Shown here: in pieces, positions 8,788 through 17,320 of the stretch
How positions within the stretch are numbered: position 1 is the stretch's first letter
Layout of the letters: each line of letters starts with the position of its first letter
Assembly (NCBI GenBank): GCA_964407205.1
Contig: CAYOUQ010000001.1
Span: 29,425 to 93,424, forward strand
DNA length: 64,000 nucleotides
DNA from: an uncultured Candidatus Saccharimonas sp.
GTDB taxonomy: Bacteria; Patescibacteriota; Saccharimonadia; Saccharimonadales; Saccharimonadaceae
Reading direction: 5' to 3'
Translations under genes and position numbers: made by a program
The notes under the pieces: model-generated
The model's database searches: none
What the model was told of the DNA's origin: nothing
What the model saw: only the letters and a program-made list of their open reading frames with translations

Positions 8788-10301
8788 GACTGAACAATAT
8801 CCTCTCCGAAGTGTTTTTGCAAACGCGCGATTATTGAACCCTCGTGCCGGCCAAGCAGTTCACTTAATTCCTGAACAGACGCGCCATTTTCAAATCGCTC
8901 TTTTAGTATAACATCCTGTTCGGGTTGCCACGGCTTGAAAGCATTAGGGTGGACCTCGCGCATCTTGGCAATCTTTTCATTCCACCCAGTCTTTGCCTTC
9001 TTTTTTTGTTGGGGTAATTCAGACAATTTGGAGCAAGTCTTTAGATTTTTGAATCTAGTGATATCTTTGGCAGCTTTTTCTTTTAATGTAACATCAATTA
9101 TTTGCGCATCTTCGCTGACTTTTAGAGCCATTTGATTTATACCTAGCAAATACAGATTATTTAAATCTCTTACACGGCTTAACGCAACATAGCCCATACC
9201 TTCTACAAAAGCTTTCCTTAAATCAACCCTGGCGGCGTCCAGTGTCATACCTTGTGACTTGTGAACAGTAATAGCCCAAGCCAAACGTAATGGTATTTGT
9301 GTGATACTGGCGCGTTTTTTGTCGCCGTCACGCAGCTCCCAAGTATCAGGCACCATCGAGACAGTTTTGCCATTTTTAAATTCAACAACTGGGTAGTTCG
9401 TGATTGGCTCAAAGTCCGTAATTATTCCTAGGCTACCATTGACATACTTTTTGTCTGGGCTGTTTTTTACAGCCATAACTAAAGCGCCTTTTTTAAGCTT
9501 AAGCTCGGCTGGAGCCAGAACCGAGCGCTGTAAAGCTTCAACATAATTCTTACCACCGGTGGTCGCTTGAGTATACGACACCTCATCTTCATCAATCTCG
9601 CCTAATTTTTCATCATTTATTCTATCGACATCAACGTTAACGGTATGAAGTTCCGTAATCTTTTCGTCACCAACCGGCTCAACTCCAACTCGCGCCAATA
9701 AAGCATCAGCATGCGTCCGACGTAAATCACCTGCTCGCATTGCATTCAGTATATCTAGCAGTTCGCCAACTTCTTGTCGATGCTGCTCTTCTAAATAACA
9801 AATCACTGGGTCTAGTTCAGTCCAGACATTGCTGTTGACAACAAATCCCCCTGCTCGGCTGTCCCCTCGATTAATCGGCGGTAACTGGAAAAAATCACCA
9901 CTCATAATAATCTGGATGCCACCAAAAGGCTCGTCTTTCTTTCGGACAATACGACAAACTTGATCAACCATGTCCAGCCTGAAATCATGCAACATCGACA
10001 CTTCATCGATAATTAATATGTCAGTCTTTTCAATAATCTCACGCCTTGTTTTCGAGATATTATCAACAAACCCGGGCTCAATCTCGTCTGAGATACCAAT
10101 ACCACTCCATGAGTGAAGAGTCGTCCCGCCCAGATGAGTGGCAGCCAGACCGGTCGTTGCCGTAACCGATACATGCTTGCCGTCGGACCGTGACAATTTA
10201 ATAAACTGATTCAGGATATACGTCTTACCAGCGCCGGCAGGGCCGGTTAGCAGCACGCTCTCCCCCGAGAGCATAATCTCAAGCGCAAGTTCTTGCTTCA
10301 T
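8784..10301 (-). CDS. PIF1/RecD-like SF1 DNA helicase with C-terminal HTH-like tail
   Basis: Walker A (GPAGAGKTY), Walker B (IIDEVSM) and a C-terminal VHKSQG motif as in RecD/PIF1. 4-nt ATGA overlap with yvcK. Confidence 0.8.
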   Translation of the reverse strand: MKQELALEIMLSGESVLLTGPAGAGKTYILNQFIKLSRSDGKHVSVTATTGLAATHLGGTTLHSWSGIGISDEIEPGFVDNISKTRREIIEKTDILIIDEVSMLHDFRLDMVDQVCRIVRKKDEPFGGIQIIMSGDFFQLPPINRGDSRAGGFVVNSNVWTELDPVICYLEEQHRQEVGELLDILNAMRAGDLRRTHADALLARVGVEPVGDEKITELHTVNVDVDRINDEKLGEIDEDEVSYTQATTGGKNYVEALQRSVLAPAELKLKKGALVMAVKNSPDKKYVNGSLGIITDFEPITNYPVVEFKNGKTVSMVPDTWELRDGDKKRASITQIPLRLAWAITVHKSQGMTLDAARVDLRKAFVEGMGYVALSRVRDLNNLYLLGINQMALKVSEDAQIIDVTLKEKAAKDITRFKNLKTCSKLSELPQQKKKAKTGWNEKIAKMREVHPNAFKPWQPEQDVILKERFENGASVQELSELLGRHEGSIIARLQKHFGEDIVQS

Positions 10302-10357
10302 TACTATTCATTATAGCTTATATTTTTACCGGCCTATGTATTAATTTAGTGCATCAG

Positions 10358-10473
10358 CCCGTTGCTATTTATTTTTTATCAACAGACTGTGGCGGTAACC
10401 AGCCGAACGCCACGTGCTGGCGCTTGCGCCACACGTAGAGTGTGCTGTTGATAAAAATGTAAATAGTAGCGGG
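10358..10473. repeat. About 115-nt imperfect palindrome with two internal G+C-rich hairpins (three-way-junction-like)
   Basis: The outer arms are CTATTTATTTTTTATCAACAG and CTGTTGATAAAAATGTAAATAG. The inner hairpins are GTGGCG...CGCCAC (10390-10412) and TGGCG-cttg-CGCCA (10418-10431). Confidence 0.65.
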
Positions 10474-10487
10474 CCTGTACGGTCGAT

Positions 10488-11465
10488 CTAACCTCTCGGT
10501 GGCTCGCCCTCTGGATCCCCTAGTAGTTTTTTGTTTTTAACTTCGTATCGTCGACCCGTAATTTCACTTGTAATATAATCTTCATTAATTAAATTAACGA
10601 ATGTGTCCAGGTCGTTCCCGTCCATAATAATTATTGCGCCACTATCATCAGTCATTAATTCCAATTGCATATCATCACAATAGCTGATTACCTGCTCTTG
10701 GGTAATATCTCCAATCTCAACTTTTTGTAATTTGTTGACTGTTTTATTGCGGTCTTTAACCATTTTCTGTAGGTCCAACCCATCAGGAAAACTAAGCCGA
10801 AAACGCTTTTCAATCTCGGCCACTTTTTTGTCGGCCAATGCTTGTTTTTTATAATCATAATTAAATAAACGTTCAAATTTACTTTGGTTAAAAATAAATA
10901 TTTGATCATCAACTATTAACACTTGGTTATCTGCTGGTATTTTTACTCCGGCATCAGCTTGAAAAATTCCAAACTTACCATCCTTAAACTCCCAGGCTGT
11001 TGCGCCGTTCAATACATTACCCTGTGATATTAGTTTTATTGAATAAAACGGTTTGTCAGGTTTTGATTTATCGGTAAATCTGGCGACTATACCCTTCACT
11101 TTTTTAAACTCGTGGTCTTGGTCACTGAATTCAACAATATCGCCACGTTGATGCTCAATTAAGTGCAGCATCGTTTCGGCACGGCCAACGTTGCTTAGAT
11201 TAGTCCTTAGTAACACATTATCTTCGCCGTCTGATAATTCAAATTCCCGGATACCCAGTCCAGTGCCTGCCCCCAGATTAATAAAATTTATCAAATCAAA
11301 CAAAAATAACGGTTTGATTTGTTGGTCCAAATCAGCACTAAATTTCGTAAAAAACGGCGTGTAGTGTTTGTTGAATAAAAAGAATTCGACGTCAAGTTCT
11401 TTCTTTATTTCATCAATCCGGTTAGCCCACAAAAAGATGTCTGTTCCCTCGTTCGGTTTGTCCAT
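10488..11465 (-). CDS. Hypothetical protein, possibly DUF4868/KwaB-like
   Basis: 325-aa soluble ORF. The central IFIFNQSKFERLFNYDY segment and the C-terminal FVNLINEDYITSEITGRRYEVKNKKLL resemble my recollection of the DUF4868 domain. Not verifiable here. Confidence 0.35.
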   Translation of the reverse strand: MDKPNEGTDIFLWANRIDEIKKELDVEFFLFNKHYTPFFTKFSADLDQQIKPLFLFDLINFINLGAGTGLGIREFELSDGEDNVLLRTNLSNVGRAETMLHLIEHQRGDIVEFSDQDHEFKKVKGIVARFTDKSKPDKPFYSIKLISQGNVLNGATAWEFKDGKFGIFQADAGVKIPADNQVLIVDDQIFIFNQSKFERLFNYDYKKQALADKKVAEIEKRFRLSFPDGLDLQKMVKDRNKTVNKLQKVEIGDITQEQVISYCDDMQLELMTDDSGAIIIMDGNDLDTFVNLINEDYITSEITGRRYEVKNKKLLGDPEGEPPRG

Positions 11466-11495
11466 ACTATATTTTCCTGTTCGTAATACAACGAA

Positions 11496-11954
11496 TTATT
11501 TTTTATAATTTATATCTGATTCTGGCGACAAGTATTGCCCCGACAGTTTTTCTTCGCGAGCCCTATTTGCCCAATCGTCGGCAATTTCATTTGGTATTGT
11601 CCCGACATGACCACGCACCCATAATATCTCTGCCTTGGAATTGTGATATGCTTCGAAGATTTCTTTAACCTTCTCTAGGTTTTTTATATCACCATTCTTT
11701 TTTGTCCAGTTGTTTTTCTTCCAACCATGCCCCCATTTAGTTATGACATTCACCCAGAATTCACTGTCAGTATAGATACGACATTCTTGGCCGTCAGCAT
11801 TTTTTAATGAAGCCAAGATCGCCTCTCCTTCCATAATAATATTCGTTGACATATCAGAATGTCCAACAATTACCAATTCTTCGTTTTTTATAGCCGCAAA
11901 ACCACCCGGACCAGGATTCGGACTGCAACTTCCATCAGTATAGTAATTTATCAT
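11496..11954 (-). CDS. rnhA: Ribonuclease HI
   Basis: 152 aa with the DEDD(H) pattern: YTDGSC, EGEAI, YTDSE, RGHVG, NEIADDWA. Confidence 0.9.
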   Translation of the reverse strand: MINYYTDGSCSPNPGPGGFAAIKNEELVIVGHSDMSTNIIMEGEAILASLKNADGQECRIYTDSEFWVNVITKWGHGWKKNNWTKKNGDIKNLEKVKEIFEAYHNSKAEILWVRGHVGTIPNEIADDWANRAREEKLSGQYLSPESDINYKK

Positions 11955-12060
11955 TGTTATCTATAATAACATGGCAAATGCCGCAAAGTAAGACTTGAAA
12001 TTTTTTAGCACAAGCATAATAATAGAGGTACTTGGACGTGAGGTCCAGTGAAAGGATAAT

Positions 12061-12147
12061 ATGGGTAAAGAGAAAAGTACTGGCGGCGACAAAAAGGTTA
12101 AAAAACCTAAAGTCCCAAAGGATAAAAAGCCTAAAAAAACTTATTAA
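12061..12147 (+). CDS. Candidate 28-aa lysine-rich small protein (MGKEKSTGGDKKVKKPKVPKDKKPKKTY)
   Basis: ATG preceded by an AAAGGA SD-like motif. A possible TTGAAA/TAATAA promoter lies near 11994-12021. A perfect 24-nt palindromic terminator follows at 12174-12204. Too short for the ORF track. Confidence 0.3.
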   Translation: MGKEKSTGGDKKVKKPKVPKDKKPKKTY

Positions 12148-12173
12148 TTTTCGCCGTCACAAATAACAGTGAC

Positions 12174-12204
12174 AGACACGCTAGATCTAGCGTGTCTTTT
12201 TGTT
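12174..12204 (+). terminator. Perfect 24-nt palindrome plus T-run; terminator for the small lysine-rich ORF
   Basis: AGACACGCTAGA/TCTAGCGTGTCT followed by TTTTTGTT. The stop codon of the convergent 195-aa gene lies inside it. Confidence 0.65.
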
Positions 12205-12774
12205 ATCAAAAAACCTCTTGGTTATAATAATGCAACAAACAAATAGGTTGAATAAAACTAAATGTAATGGGTATACAAAACCTGTTATCGTCCAGCTGCC
12301 GACTGTCAATAAGATACATAGCGAACCCAAGAAAGTTACAAAATATGTTACAAACGTTTCTTCATTTGGTTTTTTCCATGCATGCATTAATGTTGGAACT
12401 CCACCAATTATTTCGGTAAGAACCAGAACCATAATGGCAACATCAGCTGAATCTAATAATTTCCATACGATTATTCCAACAATTGAACCAACAAAACACA
12501 CCGTATCAAGTCTACTAAACGATTTATCCCCTTTCTTCCATCCAATACCAACAATTAATGACATCAGTATTACGACTGTCGCCAGCAATAAAGCTGTTGG
12601 ATACTGGCTGCTATAAAATGCAGCCAATGATGCAATCCCATTTGTCATTATCCATATTACCCAAGTTACCAGTCTTGGTTTTGTTTTACCTTGTATTGTG
12701 TCAACTAAATAAGGGATAATAGCTAGAGAAGTAAGCCCTATGCCCAATACCGTTAGAACAACCACCCAGTCCAT
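12187..12774 (-). CDS. 7-TM membrane protein, PQ-loop/SWEET-like (hypothetical)
   Basis: 195 aa with about seven hydrophobic helices. The first helix ends IPYLVDTIQGKTKP, reminiscent of PQ-loop repeats. Confidence 0.45.
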   Translation of the reverse strand: MDWVVVLTVLGIGLTSLAIIPYLVDTIQGKTKPRLVTWVIWIMTNGIASLAAFYSSQYPTALLLATVVILMSLIVGIGWKKGDKSFSRLDTVCFVGSIVGIIVWKLLDSADVAIMVLVLTEIIGGVPTLMHAWKKPNEETFVTYFVTFLGSLCILLTVGSWTITGFVYPLHLVLFNLFVCCIIITKRFFDNKKTR

Positions 12775-12778
12775 CTAG

Positions 12779-14080
12779 CTATAAATCGCCGATTTTTACA
12801 CGCTTCTGCTCTGTCGTGTCGCGGTCGCGAATTGTCACTGTGTCGTTGTCCAAAGTATCAAAATCAATTACTACGCAATATGGCGTACCAATTTCGTCCT
12901 GGCGACGATAGCGTTTGCCAATATTGCCATTATCATCCCACATTACGGCACTGTATTTTTTCTTCAATAAACAAAACACTTCGCGAGCTTTATTTACTAA
13001 TTCTAGCTTATTTTTAAGCAATGGAGACACAGCATACCTAACAGGCGCTAGGTTTTCTGGTAATTTCAGGTATATCCTTTTTTCACCACCAACCTCATCT
13101 TCACTATATGCGCTCGATAATACTGACATCACAGCCCTGTCAACCCCAAACGACGGTTCGATTACATGCGGAATAAATTTTGTATTCGTTCCTTTTATTG
13201 TATATTCCATATTTTTACCAGTCGCTTTTTGGATATTCATCAAGTCATAATCTGTACGATATGCCAAACCCAGTAATTCTTTTCGACCAATTGGAAAGTC
13301 GAACTCGAAGTCGATTGTCCGTTTACTATAAAACGCTCTTTCAGAATCCGGCACTTCTAACTCGTGGACTGATTCTGTCGGCAACCCCAGCGCCTTGCAC
13401 CAATCCCATACTTGTTTTCTCCACATCTCAAATGATTCTTCCCACTTAGCTGGATCAACAAAATATTCAATCTCCATCTGTTCAAATTCTCGTGAACGAA
13501 ACACAAAATCGCGTGGGCTAATTTCATTACGAAAAGCCTTTCCCTGCTGCGCCAAGCCAAATGGCAAATCTGGGTAAAAACAATCAATTACGTTACGATA
13601 ATTTGTAAATATACCTTGGGCAGTTTCAGGGCGGAGGTAGCTTACACTTGAATCATCTTCAATCGGTCCAATGTGTGTCTTCAGCATCATATTAAACTGA
13701 CGAGCCTGACCAATCGTTCCTTCTTTACTGCAATTTGGGCATTTACTAACATCAATTTCGTCAGCACGAAAACGTGACTTACACTCGCTACATTCGACCA
13801 ATGGATCAGTGAATGTGTCAACATGGCCACTAGCCTGCCAGACTTTTTGGTTCATCAATATGGCCGCATCAACACCAAACATGTCATCTCGGGTTTCCAC
13901 AAACATATTCCACCAAAGTTGCATGATATTACGTTTTAACGCCACGCCAAGTGGACCGTAATCCCATGTGCCGCTTAAACCGCCATAAATATCACTTCCT
14001 TGATAAATAAAGCCCCGCCTCTTGCAAAGGCTTACAATTGCTTCCATTTTTTCGTTTTTATTATTATCACTCATAGTCAC
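12779..14080 (-). CDS. glyQS: Glycine--tRNA ligase (alpha2 type)
   Basis: 433 aa. N-terminus RGFIYQGSDIYGGLSGTWDYGPLG and class II motifs (FRNEISPR, GVDR) are typical of GlyQS. Confidence 0.92.
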   Translation of the reverse strand: MTMSDNNKNEKMEAIVSLCKRRGFIYQGSDIYGGLSGTWDYGPLGVALKRNIMQLWWNMFVETRDDMFGVDAAILMNQKVWQASGHVDTFTDPLVECSECKSRFRADEIDVSKCPNCSKEGTIGQARQFNMMLKTHIGPIEDDSSVSYLRPETAQGIFTNYRNVIDCFYPDLPFGLAQQGKAFRNEISPRDFVFRSREFEQMEIEYFVDPAKWEESFEMWRKQVWDWCKALGLPTESVHELEVPDSERAFYSKRTIDFEFDFPIGRKELLGLAYRTDYDLMNIQKATGKNMEYTIKGTNTKFIPHVIEPSFGVDRAVMSVLSSAYSEDEVGGEKRIYLKLPENLAPVRYAVSPLLKNKLELVNKAREVFCLLKKKYSAVMWDDNGNIGKRYRRQDEIGTPYCVVIDFDTLDNDTVTIRDRDTTEQKRVKIGDL

Positions 14081-14100
14081 AGATATTATAACAGTATTCT

Positions 14101-14778
14101 CTAATTTATTGCAGCGTGTTCCTGAGCCACCAATACGCAGTCAGGCAAAACATTATCAATACCACCAATTTGGGATAAGACTTTTAATGACTTCGAAGCG
14201 ATTAGCCTTAATAATTTTATGTGGTCCGAGTTTAAATTGCCATTGTCTGTCATAACAAAACCTTTTTCTTCGACATCATAACGATAGTTTGCTTCGGGCG
14301 ATAATTTTTGCCCATCTATGTCCAATTGCAAGCTTAACTCATATCCAATTAGCATGCAGTAGCGCAAAAAAAACCAGGTTTTTATTAGTTCAAGTGACAT
14401 TTTTGGTTGACCAAGGCCGTCCAATACGCTGCTTAACACATCATACCAGTCAGGAACATCCGTGGATTCGCTTGCGTTCGACACGACCTTTATTACGCGA
14501 TAAGCAAATTGTAGACGATCATAATCCTTAAGGATTTCTGAATAAAATTTTATCATTCTGGCCGATGTAAGTACCCCTAGCTCACCTTGCCCAACATTGA
14601 TAACCAAATCACAAATTGCAAATAACTCTATACCTCCAGCTAAGCGACTCTTTTCACGCCTGGCACCTTTCACCATCACGCTCATTTTGCCACTTGGCGA
14701 AAGTATTTGGATTATCCTATCCGCCTCGCCATAGTTTGTTCGCCTTAGTATTATTGCGTTAGTTCGAATCGTGCTCAT
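14101..14778 (-). CDS. recO: DNA repair protein RecO
   Basis: N-terminal OB-fold signature AIILRRTNYGEADRIIQILSPSGKMSVMVKGAR. 225 aa. Confidence 0.85.
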   Translation of the reverse strand: MSTIRTNAIILRRTNYGEADRIIQILSPSGKMSVMVKGARREKSRLAGGIELFAICDLVINVGQGELGVLTSARMIKFYSEILKDYDRLQFAYRVIKVVSNASESTDVPDWYDVLSSVLDGLGQPKMSLELIKTWFFLRYCMLIGYELSLQLDIDGQKLSPEANYRYDVEEKGFVMTDNGNLNSDHIKLLRLIASKSLKVLSQIGGIDNVLPDCVLVAQEHAAIN

Positions 14779-15146
14779 TCCAAGACGCCCTTGATGGCCG
14801 CAACCAGGTCGTCTGGCTGCATGGTTGATTTATCTAATATTTTTTTTACCCCGTATGGCCCTACTTCATCAATTGACAGGTCGGCTGCCAGATTTGAACA
14901 TACAATAATTGGAATATTTGCTGTATCATTATAGGTTTTTAGCTCATGTAATAATGCAAAGGCCGTGCTTCCAACCAATAATATATCCAGGATGATTGCA
15001 TCGGGTGGTTTTTTGTCAATAATTTGAATAGCTGAAAGTGCGTGGTGAGCCAACTCAACACGGTAGCCCGCCTTTATCAAAATGGCTGATTGCTGTTGCG
15101 AAAACCACTCGTCATCTTCAACAACTAGAACATATGGTTTTTTCAT
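14775..15146 (-). CDS. Stand-alone response regulator receiver domain
   Basis: 123 aa, VVEDDE...DAIILDILL...K pattern (CheY-like) and no output domain. 4-nt overlaps on both sides. Confidence 0.85.
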   Translation of the reverse strand: MKKPYVLVVEDDEWFSQQQSAILIKAGYRVELAHHALSAIQIIDKKPPDAIILDILLVGSTAFALLHELKTYNDTANIPIIVCSNLAADLSIDEVGPYGVKKILDKSTMQPDDLVAAIKGVLE

Positions 15147-15883
15147 AACAGGCTTAACTGATTACTAGCTTGCAGATCGATGTAAAAAGTCGCCCCATCA
15201 TTATGCCGAATGACACCAATCTTTCCGTTCATGGCGTCTGCGAATTGAGTTGCTATGTACAGACCCAACCCACTGCTTTGGGGCCTGGCATGAATTGGAC
15301 TATTTGCAGCTTTCAATTTGTTGCGAACCGCCCTTACGACATCTTTTGGCAAAGCTGGACCGTAGTCACGAACACTTAGGCGTACAATCTGACCAGACCT
15401 TAGTTCTCCAATTCTAATTTTCACTACTTCACCACCTTCGGTGTAATGCAAAGCATTGTCGCTAAAGTTAGTAATTATTCTTCGTAATAGGTCTCTGTTT
15501 GCCACAAGCAATAATGGGTGCTTCCTTGGCATTAATTGTACTTCACGATTATGAGCCTGAAATAGTGGTGTTAATTCGTGCACAATATCTTCACAAATTT
15601 GCTGGGGGTTAATCGGCTCCAACTTAAATAATGCATCATCCAATCTTGCTGCGCGGGTTAGGTCGCTTGTTAATCGAAGAGCCTGCTCACTTGTCAAGCG
15701 TATTTGATTCAGCAGCTTAGCCCTATCCTTTGCCGCAGCACTATCATTTTCAAGTAGTAACGACAGCTGGCGTATTAATGCCAACGGGGATTTTAGTTCA
15801 TGTGCAGCGGCCACTAACGAAGGCATACCATCAGTCAACGGTCCAAATAACAACTGGCTGTGCTTCCCTCGCTCTGCACTCAT
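15143..15883 (-). CDS. Minimal cytoplasmic sensor histidine kinase (HisKA + HATPase_c only)
   Basis: H-box (HELKSPLALI), N-box (NFSDNALHYT) and G-box (GLGLYIATQF). No TM segment or sensor domain. Confidence 0.85.
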   Translation of the reverse strand: MSAERGKHSQLLFGPLTDGMPSLVAAAHELKSPLALIRQLSLLLENDSAAAKDRAKLLNQIRLTSEQALRLTSDLTRAARLDDALFKLEPINPQQICEDIVHELTPLFQAHNREVQLMPRKHPLLLVANRDLLRRIITNFSDNALHYTEGGEVVKIRIGELRSGQIVRLSVRDYGPALPKDVVRAVRNKLKAANSPIHARPQSSGLGLYIATQFADAMNGKIGVIRHNDGATFYIDLQASNQLSLL

Positions 15884-15918
15884 ATATTACATATTGTAAC
15901 ACGATGAATAATAAATAT

Positions 15919-16575
15919 TTATTCGTTGAACTCAATCGAAGACACTATTGCATTAAAGTCTTCGGTAAATGTATTGGCGTCAGTTCGGATTGTTAATGTC
16001 TTGTCACGTATTTTGAAAATTACTAACGAGCCCCTTAAATTATCCGAGAAATTACCATCAAACCTGGTTCCGTTACTGCCATCTGCGCTGACAGCGCTTG
16101 ATTCTAATTTACCACTTTTTACTAGTGAGCTATATGATGTTAGTGCCTTATCATAATCTTCTGTCTTAATTACAACGCGTAGCGCGAATAGCTGCCCTGA
16201 TGTGATTGGTGGCACTGCCACTGGGTTAAGGTACGCCTCAAAGGAACCACCACTTGAGCCGTCTTTACTTACATACGTGCTCCATGTTTTTGGATAATTG
16301 AATGTAACCCTGCCATAATCAGATGGACCATAAAAAACCAGGTTAGGCACCTTAAGACTTTCTTGTCGTTTTATCTCGTCGGCATCAGCCTGTTCTTTCT
16401 TAGCAGCGTCAACCGCCTTACTAATTTTAATATCAACGTCTTGTTTTTGGTCCAGATAGTTTACGAATGACCATACTCCGAACGCTAACGATCCAACCAA
16501 TAAAAATACGCTAACACCAAATAAAACACCTAATTTTGATGAACCGTCCTGTAGTGAACAATATCTTTTTGTCAT
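15919..16575 (-). CDS. Membrane-anchored hypothetical protein
   Basis: 218-aa ORF with one N-terminal TM helix and a Ser/Thr-rich extracytoplasmic part. No recognisable motif. Confidence 0.5.
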   Translation of the reverse strand: MTKRYCSLQDGSSKLGVLFGVSVFLLVGSLAFGVWSFVNYLDQKQDVDIKISKAVDAAKKEQADADEIKRQESLKVPNLVFYGPSDYGRVTFNYPKTWSTYVSKDGSSGGSFEAYLNPVAVPPITSGQLFALRVVIKTEDYDKALTSYSSLVKSGKLESSAVSADGSNGTRFDGNFSDNLRGSLVIFKIRDKTLTIRTDANTFTEDFNAIVSSIEFNE

Positions 16576-16600
16576 ATTTTGATTATACTTGTGCTTTTAG

Positions 16601-17113
16601 TTACTGTAAAGGATGGAACTCATACAAATAATATGGACCATGTTTTTTAACTTCTTTTTTACCAAAAAACATATTTCCATAGCTTATAACACTTATTTTT
16701 CTATTTAATCTATCAGCCTCATTTTGAAACTTATTTATCATCTTATTTATATCTCTTGTGACAGCAAAAACATAAACAACTGTTGTATCGTCTGGAATAT
16801 TAACTAGCCAAAAATCAACTAGTTTTATAATAACTTTTTTATTATAGCGTGGTAAAAGAAGTTTGGAGATTACAAATAGTACAGGGTTTAATTCATATCC
16901 AATAACTTTATTACAATATTTTTCTGCAATTCGTAGAACTAGACCATCACCACTTCCGACATCTAAAAGCACATCACTAGACTTTAGTTGATATAATTCT
17001 GTAAATGCCTCTATCACATATTTTTTTTGACTCGGGACATATGGAGCCCCCCTAAAAACTACCAAACCAAAAAATATGACTAGTATGGCACAAAAAATAT
17101 ACAGTATTGTCAC
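16601..17113 (-). CDS. Membrane-anchored class I SAM-dependent methyltransferase
   Basis: N-terminal TM helix, then the LLDVGSGDGLVL SAM-binding motif I. Confidence 0.7.
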   Translation of the reverse strand: MTILYIFCAILVIFFGLVVFRGAPYVPSQKKYVIEAFTELYQLKSSDVLLDVGSGDGLVLRIAEKYCNKVIGYELNPVLFVISKLLLPRYNKKVIIKLVDFWLVNIPDDTTVVYVFAVTRDINKMINKFQNEADRLNRKISVISYGNMFFGKKEVKKHGPYYLYEFHPLQ

Positions 17114-17320
17114 CTATTCCTCACTATCGAACTTTTTCTTGACAACAGTAATCTCATTTTTTAATGACTTAAGTTCCTTTTCAATTTCAGTAGCTAATTT
17201 CTCGGCTTGTTTAAATTTAGTCAATGCCTCATCAATCGAAAATTCTTCACTTTCGAACCAAGCTACCAGACTTGCAAGTTCGTCGGTTTTTTCTGAAATT
17301 GTTTTATTTGCTTGTGACAT
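17114..17320 (-). CDS. xseB: Exodeoxyribonuclease VII small subunit
   Basis: 68-aa helical protein with an XseB-like centre (FSIDEALTKFKQAEKL). It overlaps xseA by 17 nt. Confidence 0.85.
   Translation of the reverse strand: MSQANKTISEKTDELASLVAWFESEEFSIDEALTKFKQAEKLATEIEKELKSLKNEITVVKKKFDSEE

Noticed and set aside
12187-12774. 195-aa membrane protein as the missing KwaA partner of the KwaB-like gene
   Set aside because: It has about 7 TM helices with a PQ-loop-like first helix, whereas KwaA is a 4-TM protein. It is also separated from rnhA and the KwaB-like gene by a plus-strand micro-ORF and a strong terminator.
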